From: Isurus oxyrinchus
Taxonomy: Eukaryota
Assembly (NCBI GenBank): GCA_026770705.1
Contig: JANJGN010000017.1
Span: 12,524,001 to 12,588,000 of the forward strand
DNA: 64,000 bases
Direction: 5' to 3'
The notes below the pieces were generated by a model. That model was given only the letters and a program-made list of their open reading frames with translations. It was not told the origin of the DNA and searched no databases. How positions within the stretch are numbered: the stretch's first letter is position 1; the number at the start of each line of letters is the position of its first letter. Made by a program: the position numbers and the translations under genes. Positions 11,640 to 24,680 of the stretch are shown piece by piece.

Positions 11640-14600
11640 CATATGAACAAAGAGCAAGTAGGCCATTCGGCCCCTTGAGACTGCTCTGCCATTTAATAAG
11701 ATCATGGTGGATCAGATAGTAACCTGAAACATGCATCCCCAACTTCCTCCGATAACCTATCATCCCCTTGCTTACCAAGAACCTATCCACCTCTGCCTTA
11801 AAAATATTCAAAGACTCTATTTCCACCGCCTTTTCAGGAAGGGTTCCAAAGAATCACGACCCTCAGAAAAAAATTCTCATCTCAGTATTAAATGGGAAAT
11901 CCCTTATTTTTAAACAGTGACCCCTGGTTCTAGATTCTCCCACAAGTGGAAATATTTTCTCCACATCCAACTTGTCAAGTCCTCATAGGATCTTATATGA
12001 TTCAATCAGGTCACCTCTTACTCTTCTAAACTCCAGCAGATACAAGCCTAGCCTGTCCAATCTTTCCTCACAAGACAACCTGCCCATTCCAGGTATTAGT
12101 CTGGAAAACCTTCTCTGACCTGCTTCCAATGCATTTACATTCTTCCTTAAATTATGCGATCAATACTATACACAGTACTCCAGATGTGGTCTCACTCGTG
12201 CTCTGTATAACAGAAGCATAACCTCCCTACTTTTGTATTCAATTTCCCTCACAATAGATGATAGCATTCTTTTAGCTTTCCTAATTACTTGTTCTATTGC
12301 ATACTAGCCTTTTGCGAGTCATGCACTAAGACACCCAGATCCCTATAGCTCTGAGCTCCGCAATCTCTCACCGTTTAAATATTCTTCTTTTATTCTTCCT
12401 ACCAAAATGGACAATTTCAGGAGTTTCCCACATTATACTCCACTTGCCAGACCTTCACCCACTCACTTAACCTATATCTTTTTGTAGCCTCCTTAGTAAC
12501 GCATTTGATGTAGTCTACTTGGACTTCAGGCTTTTGATAAGGTCCCGCATGGGAGACTGATAAGAGATGGCAAGAGCCCATGGGATCCAAGGCAATTTGG
12601 CAAATTGGGTCCAGAAATGGCTGAGTGGCAGGAAGCAGATGGTTGAGGGGTGTTTCTGTGACTGAATGCCCGTGCCCAGTGGGGTTCCACAGGGATTGGT
12701 GTTGGGTCTCTTGCAGCTTGTGGTATATATAAATGATTTAGACTTGATCATAGGAGGGTTGATAAGTAAGTTCGCGGATGACACAAGAATTGGTGGAGTG
12801 GTAAATACTGAGGAGGATAGCCTTAGATTACAGGAGGATATAGACGGGCTGGTCAGATGGGCTGATCAGTGGCAAATGGAATTTAATCCAGATAAGTGTG
12901 AGGTGATGCACTTGAGCAGGACAAACAAGGCACAGGGATACACAATGAATGGGAGGCCTTGGGAAGCACCAAGGATCAGAGGGACCTTGGTGTGCATGTC
13001 CACCAGTCCCTTAAGGTAGCAGGGCCAGGTAGATAAAGTGGTTAAGAAGGCATATGGGATACTTGCCTTTATTAGCCGAGGCATAGAATACAAGAGCAGG
13101 GAGGTTATACTGGAACTGCATAAAACTCTGGTTAGGCTACAACTAGAGTATTGCGTGCAGTTCTGGAATCCGCATTATAGGAAGGATGTGATTGCACTAG
13201 AGAGAGTGCTGAGGAGATTTACTAGGATTTTGCCTGGGCTGCAGTTTTAGTCATGAGGAGAGAGTGGATAGACTGGGGTTATTTTCCCTGGAGCAGAGGA
13301 GATTGAGGGGGGACATGATTGAGGTGTATAAAATTATGAGGGGCATAGATTTAAGGGGCAGGACGTTTAGAGGGGATGTGAGGAAGAATTTTTTCACCCA
13401 GAGAGTGGTGGGAATCTGGAATTCACTGCCTGAAAAGGTGGTAGAGGCAGAAACCCTCATAATATTTAAGAAGTATTTGGATGTGCACTTGTGATGCCAT
13501 GGCACACAAGGCTGTGGGCCTAATGCTGGAAAATGGGATTAGAATAGTTAGGTACTTGCTTGACCAGGGCAGACTCGATGGGCTGAAGGGCCTTTTTCTG
13601 TGCTGTAGACCTCTATGACTCTATGTCCTCTTCACAACTTACTTTGCTACCCACCTTTATCTCATCAGCAAATGTGGCAATCATGCCATCCATCCCTTCA
13701 TCCAAATCATTAATATAAATTGTAAACAGTTGAGGTCCCAGGACCATTCCACTCATTAAATCTGGCTAACCTGAAAAAGACCCTTTTATGCTTACTCTCT
13801 GCTTCCTGTTAGCCAGCCAATCTTCTATCCATGCCAATATATATCCCCCAAACCATGAGCTTTTATTTTCCGCAATAACCTTTGATGTGGCACTCTATCA
13901 AATGTCTTCTGGAAATCTAAGTACAGTACACACACCTTTATCCACAACACGTTACTTCCTCAAAGAATTCCAATAAGTTGGTTAAACATGATTTCCATTT
14001 CACAAAACCATGTTAACTCTGCATGATTACCTTGAGCTTATCCAAGTGCCCTGCTATAGCTTATTTAATAAAAGTTTTTAATATTTCCCCCATAAGCTAA
14101 CTGGCTGTAGTTTCCCACTTTGTCTCTCTCCCTTTTTGAATAATGGAGTTACGTTTGCTATCTTCCAATCTAATGGGACCTGCCTCAAATCTAGGGAGCT
14201 TCGGGAGATTAAAACCAATGCATCAACTATCGTACTAGCCACTTCTTTTTAGACCCTAGGATGAAGTCCATCAGGACGTGGGAACTTGTCAGCAATTTAC
14301 TCAGTAGTACTTCTCTGGTTATTGTAATTTTCCTGAGTTCCTCTCTCCCATTTCCTAATTTATAGTTGCTTCTGGGATGTAACTTGTATCCTCCATAGTG
14401 AAAACTGATGGAAAATACCTGTTCAATTCATCTGTGCTTTCCTTGTTTTCCGTTATCAATTCTCCTGACACTCTCTACAGGACCAATGCTTACTTTAACA
14501 AGTTTATTAAATATTTATAGAAACTCTTACTATTTTATATACTTTTTTATATTTCTGGCTAGCTCTCATATACTCTAAATTTTCCTTCCTTATTAATATT

Positions 14601-16085
14601 TTAGTCATCCTTTGTTGTTCCTTATATTCTGTCCAATCTTCTGGCCTTCCACCTACCTTTGCTTAATTATAAACTTTTTCTTTATGTTTGATACTGTCTT
14701 TAACCTTTCTAGTTAACCAAGATGGTTTATCCGTCCCTTGGACTTCTTACTCGTTGTAATGTGTATTCTGAAATATCCCCATAAATGTTTACCATTGCAT
14801 CTCTATTGACCTATCCCTTAACCTAATTTGCCAATTCACTTCAGCCAGCTCTGCTTTCATGCCCTCATAATTGCTCTTTAAGTTTAGAAACACAGTCTCG
14901 GACCCACTCCTCTCTCCCTCAAACTAATGTAAAATTTAATCATATTATGGCCGCTGCTGCCTTCAATATGAGATTAATTAATCCCATCTCATTGCACAAT
15001 ACCAGGTAGCGTATACCCTGCTCTCTGGTTGGCTCCAGAACATGCTGTTCTAAGAAACTATCCCAGAAACCAATCTATGAACTCCTCATCCTTTGCCCAT
15101 CTAATTTTTCCACTTGATATCTAGATTAAAATCTCCCATGATTATCACAGTGCCTTTCTGACAAACTATTATTTCTTCCTTTATGTTCCATTCTACCATG
15201 TGATTACTGTTAGGGGACCTGAAAACAACTCCCACAAGTCACTTCTTGCCTTTACCATTTCTCATCTCCAACCAAACCGTTTCCATATCCTGGTTTCCTT
15301 AACTTAGGTCATCCCTCTCTATTGTGCTAATACCATCAACTAACAGAGGCACACCTCCACCTGTTCCTCACTTCCTGTCCCTCCAGAATGTCCTATACCC
15401 TTTAATATTCAAGTCCCAATCCATGTCTCGATAATGGCTTTCAAATCGTACTTATCTCTATGTGCACTCTCAGTTTATCTGTTTTGTTTTGAATGTTTTA
15501 GGCATTCAGATAAAAAGCCTTTAGTTTTACCTTTTTATTTTTATAACCTCTAGTCTCAATTTGTTGATTTCCTGATAGGCCACGACAGGGAGGGCTAGAG
15601 TATACAAATCTGTTTTTCATTTCCTGTAATACCACCTTTCTTTACCCTGATTTCCCACATCTTCCCAAATTTGTACTCTTGCCCCCACTACTTCGTTTAA
15701 AACCCTCTCTACTTCCCCAATTATGCAGCTCACAAGAACGTTGGTTCCAGCATGGTTCAGGTGCAGACCATCCCAACAGTACAGATCCCACTTTCCCCAG
15801 TACTGGTGCCAGTGCCCCACAAACTGGAACCCACTTCTCCCACACCAGTCTGAGCCACGTATTCAGCTCCCTAATTGGATTTGTCCTATGCCAACAACAT
15901 GGACTATGACAACAGGGTTCCCCCCCACCCCCTCACCCCACTGCAAGTTCCTCTCCAGCACTGAGAAGTCCCAAACCCTGGCACCAGGCAGGCAACAGAG
16001 CCATCTGGACTTGTGCTCTTTTCTGCAGAGAACAGTGTCAATCCTTCTGACTATACTGTCCCCTACTACCACCACTGTACTGTAG
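11640..16085 (-). mobile_element. Near full-length degenerate CR1 LINE, interrupted by a nested CR1
   Basis: ORF1 esterase motifs VVVGDSIVR...CCLPGARV and WDLYCWDGLHLN at 15.6-16.1 kb, RT remnants, and a 3' end (SLNIFKAEVDRFL) with the CR1 terminal motif at ~11640. Confidence 0.85.
12496..13623 (+). mobile_element. 5'-truncated CR1 nested in the older CR1
   Basis: GVPQGLVLG...SKFADDT...WQMEFNPDKCEV, ending in a (ctctatga)n-type tail. The host element reads agcctcctta|tgtcctcttc across the insertion. Same family as 62806-64000. Confidence 0.9.
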
Positions 16086-16109
16086 TAAACACTTTTTAAA
16101 AAGTTTAAG

Positions 16110-19100
16110 GTATGTTAGTACAGCTCAGTCATGTGGAATGTGCATCCTGTAGGATGTGGGAAGTCAGGCAGACAGAACAGCCCTCGATGACTACATCTAC
16201 AGGAAATATCACCAGTTGCAGAAACTTGAGCTCTGGGTTGCAGAGCTCTAGCAGCATTGAGTCACTGTGGCATAGCTGCAAGGCTGAGAATTACCTGGAT
16301 AACACATTTAGAGATGGTCACATTGCAAAGTAGCACAGAGGCAGAGGGGGAAATGGGTCACTGCCAGAGTATCTAACAGAAACAGGCAGGTAGTGCAGGA
16401 ATCACCTGAGGAACTCTCACTCTTTGTTTTTCCATTTTGGATACTGGTGAGCAAGATGGTTTCCCAGAGGACTTAGCAAGACCCAACTTCGTGGCATCAC
16501 AGGTGACTCCGCTGCATAAGAGGGGAGAAGGAAGAGTGGAAGAGTTATTGTGGTAAAGGATTCCATAGTTAGGGGAGCATACAGGTATTTCGGCAGCCCT
16601 AGACGTGACTCCAAGATGGTATGCTGCCATACTGGTGCCAGGGTCAAGGATGTCACGGAGTGGCTGCAGGACATCCTTTTGTGGGAGGGTGAACAACCAG
16701 AGGTTGTGGTCTACATTGGGGTCAATGACATAGGTAGGAAAAGGGAGGAGGTCCTGAAAGCAGATTTGAGGGAGTTAGGAAAGAGCAGGGAGTTAGCAAG
16801 ACCTCAAGAGCAGTAATCTCAGATTGCCACGTGCTAGTGAGCATAAAAATAGGATGATTGAGCAGTTCAACACATGGCTGGAGAAATGGAGGAGGGAGGG
16901 CTTTAGCTTTCTGAGGTATTGGGACTAGTTCTGGTGGGACCTGTACAAGGACAGGTTACACCTTAATGGGACTGATTGAGACTAATGTTCTCATAGGGAG
17001 GTTTGTTAGTGCTGTTAGGGAGAATTTAAACTAGATTGGCACAGGGATGAGAATCTGAGGGGAAATTCAGAGTGGAGGGGAGAAAAATTGGCAATGGTAA
17101 GTAAAGAAGTATTAACTGATAAGGGGGATACAGCAGAACAGCATCAAGGTAAAAAGAATACTTGGGGAGATTGATAGAATTAGAGTAGGCAATAGTAAGT
17201 CATTAGATGGGGTGAGAATAAGGGGGGAAAAAGTAAAAAAGCCTAAATCAGGGTTAATGTGCACGTATGTGAATGCATGGTGTGGTCAGCAAGATTAGTG
17301 AACCACAGGCACAGGCTGACAAATGGAATTATGATATTATTGCTATAATTGAGCTAGGTCTCCAAGAAGGGAAGAACTGGGTGTTAATTATTCCTGGGTG
17401 CAAGGTGTTTAGGAGAAACAGGAAAGGAAGGAAGAGGAGGGTGGCAGTTTGATTAAAAATGACATTACAGTACTGAAGAGAGGATGTTCCAGAGGGGTCA
17501 AGGACAGAATCTCTCTGGATAGAGGTAAGGAATGAATAAGGTGCAATAACATTGGTGTAGTATAGTGACCATTAACTAGTGGAAGGGATGTAGCGAAACA
17601 AATTACAGAGAGTTGCAAGCATTACAGAGTAATTATAATGGAAGACTTCAAATTATCCAAATATAGGATAGGAATAGTGAAAAAGGACATGAAAGGTGAG
17701 AGTTCCTGGAACATTTAATTTTCTGCAGCAGTATGCTTCCAGTCAAGAGAGGTCAGGCACTGTTGGACATGGTTCCTGGGGAATGAGTTGGCCCATGTGC
17801 AGGAGAGCTTTTGAGGGACAATGACCATTGTATCATAAGGTTTAGGTTGGCCGTGGAAGAGGACAAGGCACAATCCAGAGCAGGGCTAATTAATTGGGGG
17901 AAAGCCAACTTGGATGGGAAGAGAATGCATCTGAGTCAAGTGAACTGGAATCAAATGTTGGCAGAAACGACAGTGGCTGAACAATGGGCCACCTTCAAAG
18001 GAAAAGTATTACAGGCAACATCAAGGTATATTCCCTTAAAAGGGAAAAGGTAGGACAAATAAATCCAGAGCGCCCAGGATGATGAGAGAATTACAGATGG
18101 ACAACAGATATCAGGTAGAAAATAGAATGGAAAATTGGGCTGAATAAAAGAGGACCAGAGGGGAAGTGAAAAAACTAATAAGAAAAGCAAGGAGAAAGCA
18201 TGAAGAGAGACTGGCAGCTAACATAAAAGGGAATCCCAAGGTCTTCCATAAGCATATCAATAAAAAAGGGTGGTAAAAGAGTAGGGCCGATTAGAGATAA
18301 AAAGGGTACTTGCACATGCAGGCAGGAGAAATGGTGGAGGTATTAAACAAGTGCTTCGCATCTGTCTTTATAGAGGGTGATGATGCTACCAGGCAGAGGT
18401 GAAGGTGGTGGTAACTAGTACACCAGTAGAACTTATGATTGAGAAGGAGGTGGTATTACTCAAAATTGATAAGGCACCAGGACTAGATGATGCATACAAG
18501 GGTACTGAGGGAAGTGAGTGTGGAAATTGTAGAGGCAGTGGAGAAAATCTTCCACTCTTGCTTCGACACTGGGATGGTGCCAGAGAACTGGAGAATTGCA
18601 AATGTTACTTGTTCAAAGAGGCAAACAAGGATAAAGCCAGCAACAACAGACCAGTCAGTTTGAATTCAGTGGCAGTGAAACTTCTAGAAACTAGCGTTTG
18701 GGACAAAAATCAACAGTCACTTAGACAAGTGCAGGCTAATTAAGGAAAGACAGCATGGATTCATCAAGGGAAAATCATGTTTAACTAACTTGCTAAGGGC
18801 AATACTGTTGATGTAATGTATGTGGATTTTCAAAAGGCACTTGATAGTGCCACACAGACTGGAGAGCAAAATTCTAGGTCATGGAATAAAAGGGAAAGCA
18901 GGCACTTGAACAAGAAATTGGCTGAGTAACAGAAAAAATAATAAATAAATGGTTGTTTTCCAGATTGGAGGAAGGTCTGTAGTCGAGTTCCCCAGGGGTC
19001 AGTACTGCGACCTTTGCACTTCCTAGTACATATTAATGACCTAGACTGCAGTGTTCAGGTGATGCATTTGCAGATGATACGAAGATTGGAAATGTTGTCA

Positions 19101-19950
19101 ATTGTGATAAGGATAGTCTTGAATTTCAAAAGAATAGTTAAATTGGTGGATTGGGCAGACAAGTGGCAGATGAAGCTCAATGCACAGAAGAGTAAGGTGA
19201 TTCACTTTTGGCAGGAAGAATATGGTGAGATAACATGAGAGAGAATTTCTAAAGGAGGTGCAGGAACAGAGGGATCTCAGTGTATATGCATGTAAGTCAT
19301 TGAAGATGGCAGGACATATTGAGAGAGCAGTTAATAAAGCATATAGTATCTTAGGTTTATTAATGGAGGCACTGAATACAAGAGTAAGGAGAAGGTCATG
19401 TTGAACTTGTACATGACACTAGTTAGGTCTCATCTGGAGTGCTGAGTACATTTCTGGGTGCCATACTCAAGGATGTGAAGGCATTGGAGATTCACAAGAA
19501 TGATTCCAGGGATAAATAACTGTAGCAACAAGGATAGATTGGAGAGGTTTGAATGGTTCCCTTGGAGAAAAGGCAGCTGAAGGGACTTGACAGAGGTGTT
19601 CAAGATCCCAGGGGATATGGACAGGGTAAATATAGTGAGAAACTGTTCCCACTGAAGAAACATCAAGAGGTAGAGGGCACAGGTTAAAAATAATTGGCAA
19701 AAGGGGTAAAAATGAGGTGAGGAAAAATGTTCACCCCCAGAGGGTGGCTGGAGTCTGGGACCAAATTCCTAAGGGTGGTGGGGGCACCCTCAAGTATTCA
19801 AAAGAAAATTTGACTGCTATATGAAAAGAATGTGCAAGGCTACGGGGATAAAGCAGGAGAGTGGGATTAGGTAGAACGCTCTTTCAAAGAGCCAGTGCAG
19901 ACTCGATGGGCCAGATGACAGCCTCCTGCACTGTAAAGTTTCTGTGATTA
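16110..19950 (+). mobile_element. Near full-length degenerate CR1 LINE
   Basis: ORF1 Cys motif (VECASCRMWEV), esterase (DSIVRGAYRYF...VCCHTGARVKDV...VYIGVNDIG), endonuclease remnant (NDHCIIRF), RT remnants (RPVSLNSV, WADKWQMKLN) and 3' UTR. Confidence 0.88.
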
Positions 19951-20335
19951 GGTTCAACTTAAAATTAACAACACAGCATAGATGAAGAAAAACTAATTGA
20001 ATTAATTATAGAAAAGATAAACCAAGGCTCAAAAAGCTTTTACTGGCTTTGTTCAAGGTAAATTTAAGTTGTGGCCTCAGATTATAGACAGGAATTACAC
20101 AAGTGTACTTTGTTTCCTTATAAAGGATTTCAGATCTATGTCTCATATCAATAGCTTAATCGCAATTTGCTAACAATTAAATGTTGTGGGGGTCATTGAT
20201 GCAGCAATGTAACAAAGTAATTGGGCTAGACAATACACAAAAGTATCAATACTAAATTGGAACCAAAATCTAGTAAGATGAGTCTATGCAATTTGTGATA
20301 TAGAAAATTTCAGGCAGCAAGCTGTAATATCAAAT

Positions 20336-20423
20336 CCTCAACCCTCCCTACCTCAACCCTCCCTACCTCAACCCTCCCTACCTCAACCCTCCCTACCTCA
20401 ACCCTCCCTACCTCAACCCTCCC
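20336..20423. repeat. Perfect 15-bp minisatellite (CCTCAACCCTCCCTA)x~5.9
   Basis: Directly visible exact tandem copies. Confidence 0.97.
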
Positions 20424-21864
20424 AATTCGCTTCTCATTTTAAATTCAACCTGGTTATATTGTACAATTAAACTTGAACTGATTAAGTTTATGCATACCAT
20501 GTGGATAGGTTGCAAATCCCAGACTCTTGCAGGAAAGTAATAATTAACCCTTGTATTATAGCAGCGATTAAATAAGTGCAAAGGACAGTCCACATAACAG
20601 CGAACACTACACAAAAAAAGTACCATATGGTCCCTTGAACCTGCTCCGCCATTCAATATCATGGCTTACCTTCTACCACAACTCCATTTTCCCACCTTCT
20701 CTGCATGTCCCTTGCTTCCCTGAGACACCAAAAATCTGTCACACAGCCTTATATATACTTAATGCAGTATTCACATTTGCAACCCTAAGAAATTTATCTG
20801 TCTTAAGTGATCAGCCCCCTGTTCAGAAGTTGTGCTCCTTTGTTTTAGATTCCCCAGAAGAAACAACCTGTTGTGTCTATGCTGTCAATCCCTTCATAAT
20901 CTTAAACTCTAGGATATTACATTCAATTTAGATAACAATGGACAGTTTTCTTTGAGAGAGGAAGGGGTTGGAGGTAATAGCATAAGAGATTGATCTACTT
21001 TTGTCACCTAGAGGTGGAGAAGTAGGTTACACGATGAACAAACAAGGGATGAGAGTCGGTGAAAAGTCCCTTTATACTTAAGTTTCCATGGGTCAGGTGT
21101 GCACAAATTAAACAACTATATGACTCTCCCCAAACTTTGGGAAGCTACCCAATCTGTGCTAGTTTTCATACTCACTGATTTCAAATAGGATTCATTGAGA
21201 CCACCCATTCATACAGCTCCTCACACCAGCCCTTGACAGAATCCTCGAGGAACAAAAAAGACCCTCAGATTTTCTATCGGCCAAAGTGAAGACTCCCAAC
21301 AACTCTACTGCTCAATCCAGATTCCAGATCACTGCTGTGAACAGAATGTTTATGGAGTAACACGTAGCTTTTAAAAAGTTGCACTGTCTGCCAGTCTTCA
21401 AACTACATGCACCAAATAACCAGGAACAAGATTTAACACAGCTAGAAGTCTGGAATATACAGATTGCTCAGCTGTATGGAATCAGTAGCCCAAATTGATG
21501 TGTTAATTTGACCAAAAATGCTGCATCTAATCCCTTGAAGTTGTGAAGATTTTTTTTTGATTTTTAATTAATCTTATGACCACCTTTACTTGTAGTAAAA
21601 GTACTAACTTGATTTAAGCCAGCAGCACAATCAAAGATTGAGAGGTTCAAGTATCACACCAGGACTTGTGCATATGATTCAGGCCAATACTTTAGTGCAG
21701 TGACAAGAATATGTTCCATTATTAGGGGTACTGTCTTTCAGGCAAAATCAAGGCCCATTCCCAATCTGTTTAAGCAGACCTGAAAGAAGCCATGGCATTA
21801 CTTGAAGAGGAGCAGTGAGCTCTGCCAGGTTCGTTTCTGGCAGTGCTTCCTCAAGCATTGTGAA

Positions 21865-22045
21865 TAATAAATTCAGAAAATGATAGAAATGTTTAGCATC
21901 TGTGTAGAGTGAAAAACAGTTAACATTTCAGAATGGTTTGATGAAAGATTGACTCGAAACGTTACAAGCTTCTCTCCACATAGGCACTGCCAGGCCTGAG
22001 GATTTTGTTTTTATTTCAGGCTTCTAGCATTTGCAGTATTTTGCT
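21865..22045. mobile_element. Degenerate fold-back pair of Penelope-like 3' ends with HHR remnant
   Basis: Left arm agcatctgtgtagagtgaaaaacagttaacatttca. Right arm tttgatgaaagattgactcgaaacgtta...tctctccaca...ttctagcatttgcagtattttgct. Confidence 0.6.
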
Positions 22046-24605
22046 GAAAAATTAACTAATCTTCATCTGACATGTTATTTGAAACATCTTGCTGGCCATG
22101 AATTAAAGAGCAATTGCATCAAAAGTAATTAATTGTTATGGAAGATCCCAAGAACATTTAAACACAACCTGCTTCTTCCCTAGAAAAAGGTTTGAAAGCA
22201 ACAACTTGCATTATATAAGTATCTTCCACAAAGAAACACCCAAAGCAACCACAGGACTTGAATACTATTGTGCCAAAAATGGAGGAAACGTTGTGATGAC
22301 TAAAAGAACAGTCAAGAGACAGGCCTTTGAAATGGAGGGTAGCAAGGCCGAAAAGGTTTAGGAAAAGTTGCAGAATTAAGTGATGTACATCCTAAACAGC
22401 ACTATATTTCTTCATTATGTTTAGAATCATGATTGAAGTTACAACTTTACATCAGATTTAAACAACAGAAACACCACACAGAGTTCCAGACAATCATAGG
22501 TGTCACAAGAGAGACTGTGGTATCCCATTTGAGCAGGTACAATCACAGTAACATTGGAAACCTTCACTTAACAAGTTGCACATATTTCAGGTCATGACCT
22601 TTCCATAAGCACTGTATTTGGCGCCGGGTTATGAGACGTGCACGGGCAGAACCCAATCATCTTTAAATAGTCCGTTTATACAGGCTGCAGTCCAAAGCTC
22701 TTACAAAAACATGAATAAACTTTTAATATTTTTGTTTACAATGACTGTGGAAATCCATCATAAACAAAAGAGTCTGAAAGGCCATATCCTCCCACTGGAA
22801 GGGAAATTACACTGAAAGTCTCTGATAAGCCTTTGGAATTAGTCCACCCTAAATTTAGTGGTTTCTAAAAATTAGGGCTCCAGCAAATGTAGTTTTCTCC
22901 AAACTATGTTCTCTGATAAATCCTTTTATAATTAGAACCTTAAACAAAGCTTTTCTGATTCCACATTTGATATGCAAGTGCAAAAGGAATCTCTAATTAT
23001 CAACTGATTGCATCAGCCCACTGTTCTCCAATTAATTCCAACTTGATTCAGTAGTGAAAAACTAACACTAACTTTTTAAAATTGTTTAGTTTTGTCTGTT
23101 CAAAACCAAAATATACCTTCCAGAGCAAGGGAGTTAATGAATCACTTAAGAAAAAAGGAAAACTTACTGATCATGTACATAACAGGGACTCCACCAGAAT
23201 TCAAAATTTTACCGAGTGACTTAACCACAATATAGAAACCCAACTTGAATACCGAACTAGTTTAAAGCATTTTAATGCCACAAGTCTATGACCAAAGCCA
23301 CATCAGCCAATCTGTCAGCCCATCACCCAAAAAGTACTGCATTTATGTAAACCAAGGAGGACATTTTATAACTTGAATGGAAAACTAGTTTTGAAATAGG
23401 TCTGACGTGATGAATACCAGTTTTCTTTAGTGAAGGCGTGCAAAGTGTAGCAGCAAAACTATTAGCAGCAAAAACCTCTACTTTCATCCACTGCCTGCAC
23501 CACTGCAACCGCCCCCCACCCCCAAACATCAGAACATGAACTGATCCAAGGGAAAGTCTGGAAATTTGCTGTTGGGAATTTAAAATTAATAAAATGTTGT
23601 ATAAAAAATATACAATGAATGTTTTTGACTTAATATCAGGCCACATGTGGACTCAATTCTTCCTCTGGCATCCACATCATACCAGCAAACTTTTACCGCA
23701 CACGTGCATTTGTTTTGTAACTGATAAGAAATACAGTGTAAACAAGATAAGAGCTTGATAGCTTGAAAAACGAACTCCCAGTGAGTCAGGCATACAAAAT
23801 TCTCACCCTTCAGGAATGCAAGTTATGAGCCCACAACAAGCATTTTATAATGCTGTCCCCTTCATCATTATCCACTCACATTAATAAATGATTACCATTT
23901 CTACGCAGTCACATCATAGTACAGCAATCCAGCCCATCTGAACAGTTCTAACCTTTATCACATTTAACAATTCCCTACAGGAAGGTCAGCAATAACTAAT
24001 TTAACTACTCAATTACAGCCTTCAGTAACATGCAATTGCTAATTGAAGCTCAAACTATGTCCAGCCAAACTGGAAAAAAGTCAACAATTCCAATTAGAGA
24101 TTTTATCCTTCTAAAATTGGGCTGTAGCTGGAGAGTCTTTTCAGCTCTATAATCCCATGGGAAAGTGCTTCTGGTGCTGGTAATGGGAACAATTTGAAGT
24201 GGTAGATTGGCACAACATCGAAGTACATTAAAGTAGTCTCAATACACTAATTGCAATTAGGTTATATGGTTAAAACATCCAACAGCATTTCAACAACAAA
24301 TGACCTGTATATCTTGTTCCTCCAGCACTGCAGACCCACCTTTTTGTACATTTTATGAACTGGTGGATTTGCCTACTTCTTTACAGGGTACAGCAGTGGT
24401 TCTCAAATATTTTTGTTTGAAGAGTCCCTTTTCAAGTGGATTAATAATCACAGGAACCAGCCCCCCCAATCCAAATTATACTATACATTATAATGTTCAT
24501 TATGAAAGTACAGCAGTAAATAATGCTTTTAAGAAAACAGGTGTTTACATAAGATATTGAGCTGGGTGCGCCTGCTTCTCACAGCAGAACTTGTGTATCC
24601 TTGGC

Positions 24606-24680
24606 AGGAGCAGAGAGGGTAGGAACACAGTAGTAGAGGAGCAGAGAGGGTAGAAACACAGTAGTAGAGGAGCAGAGAGG
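24606..24680. repeat. 31-bp tandem repeat x2.4
   Basis: AGGAGCAGAGAGG recurs at 24606, 24637 and 24668, separated by GTAG(G/A)AACACAGTAGTAG. Confidence 0.9.

Noticed and set aside
20336-20423. Interstitial telomeric repeat
   Set aside because: The unit is a 15-mer without TTAGGG hexamer periodicity.
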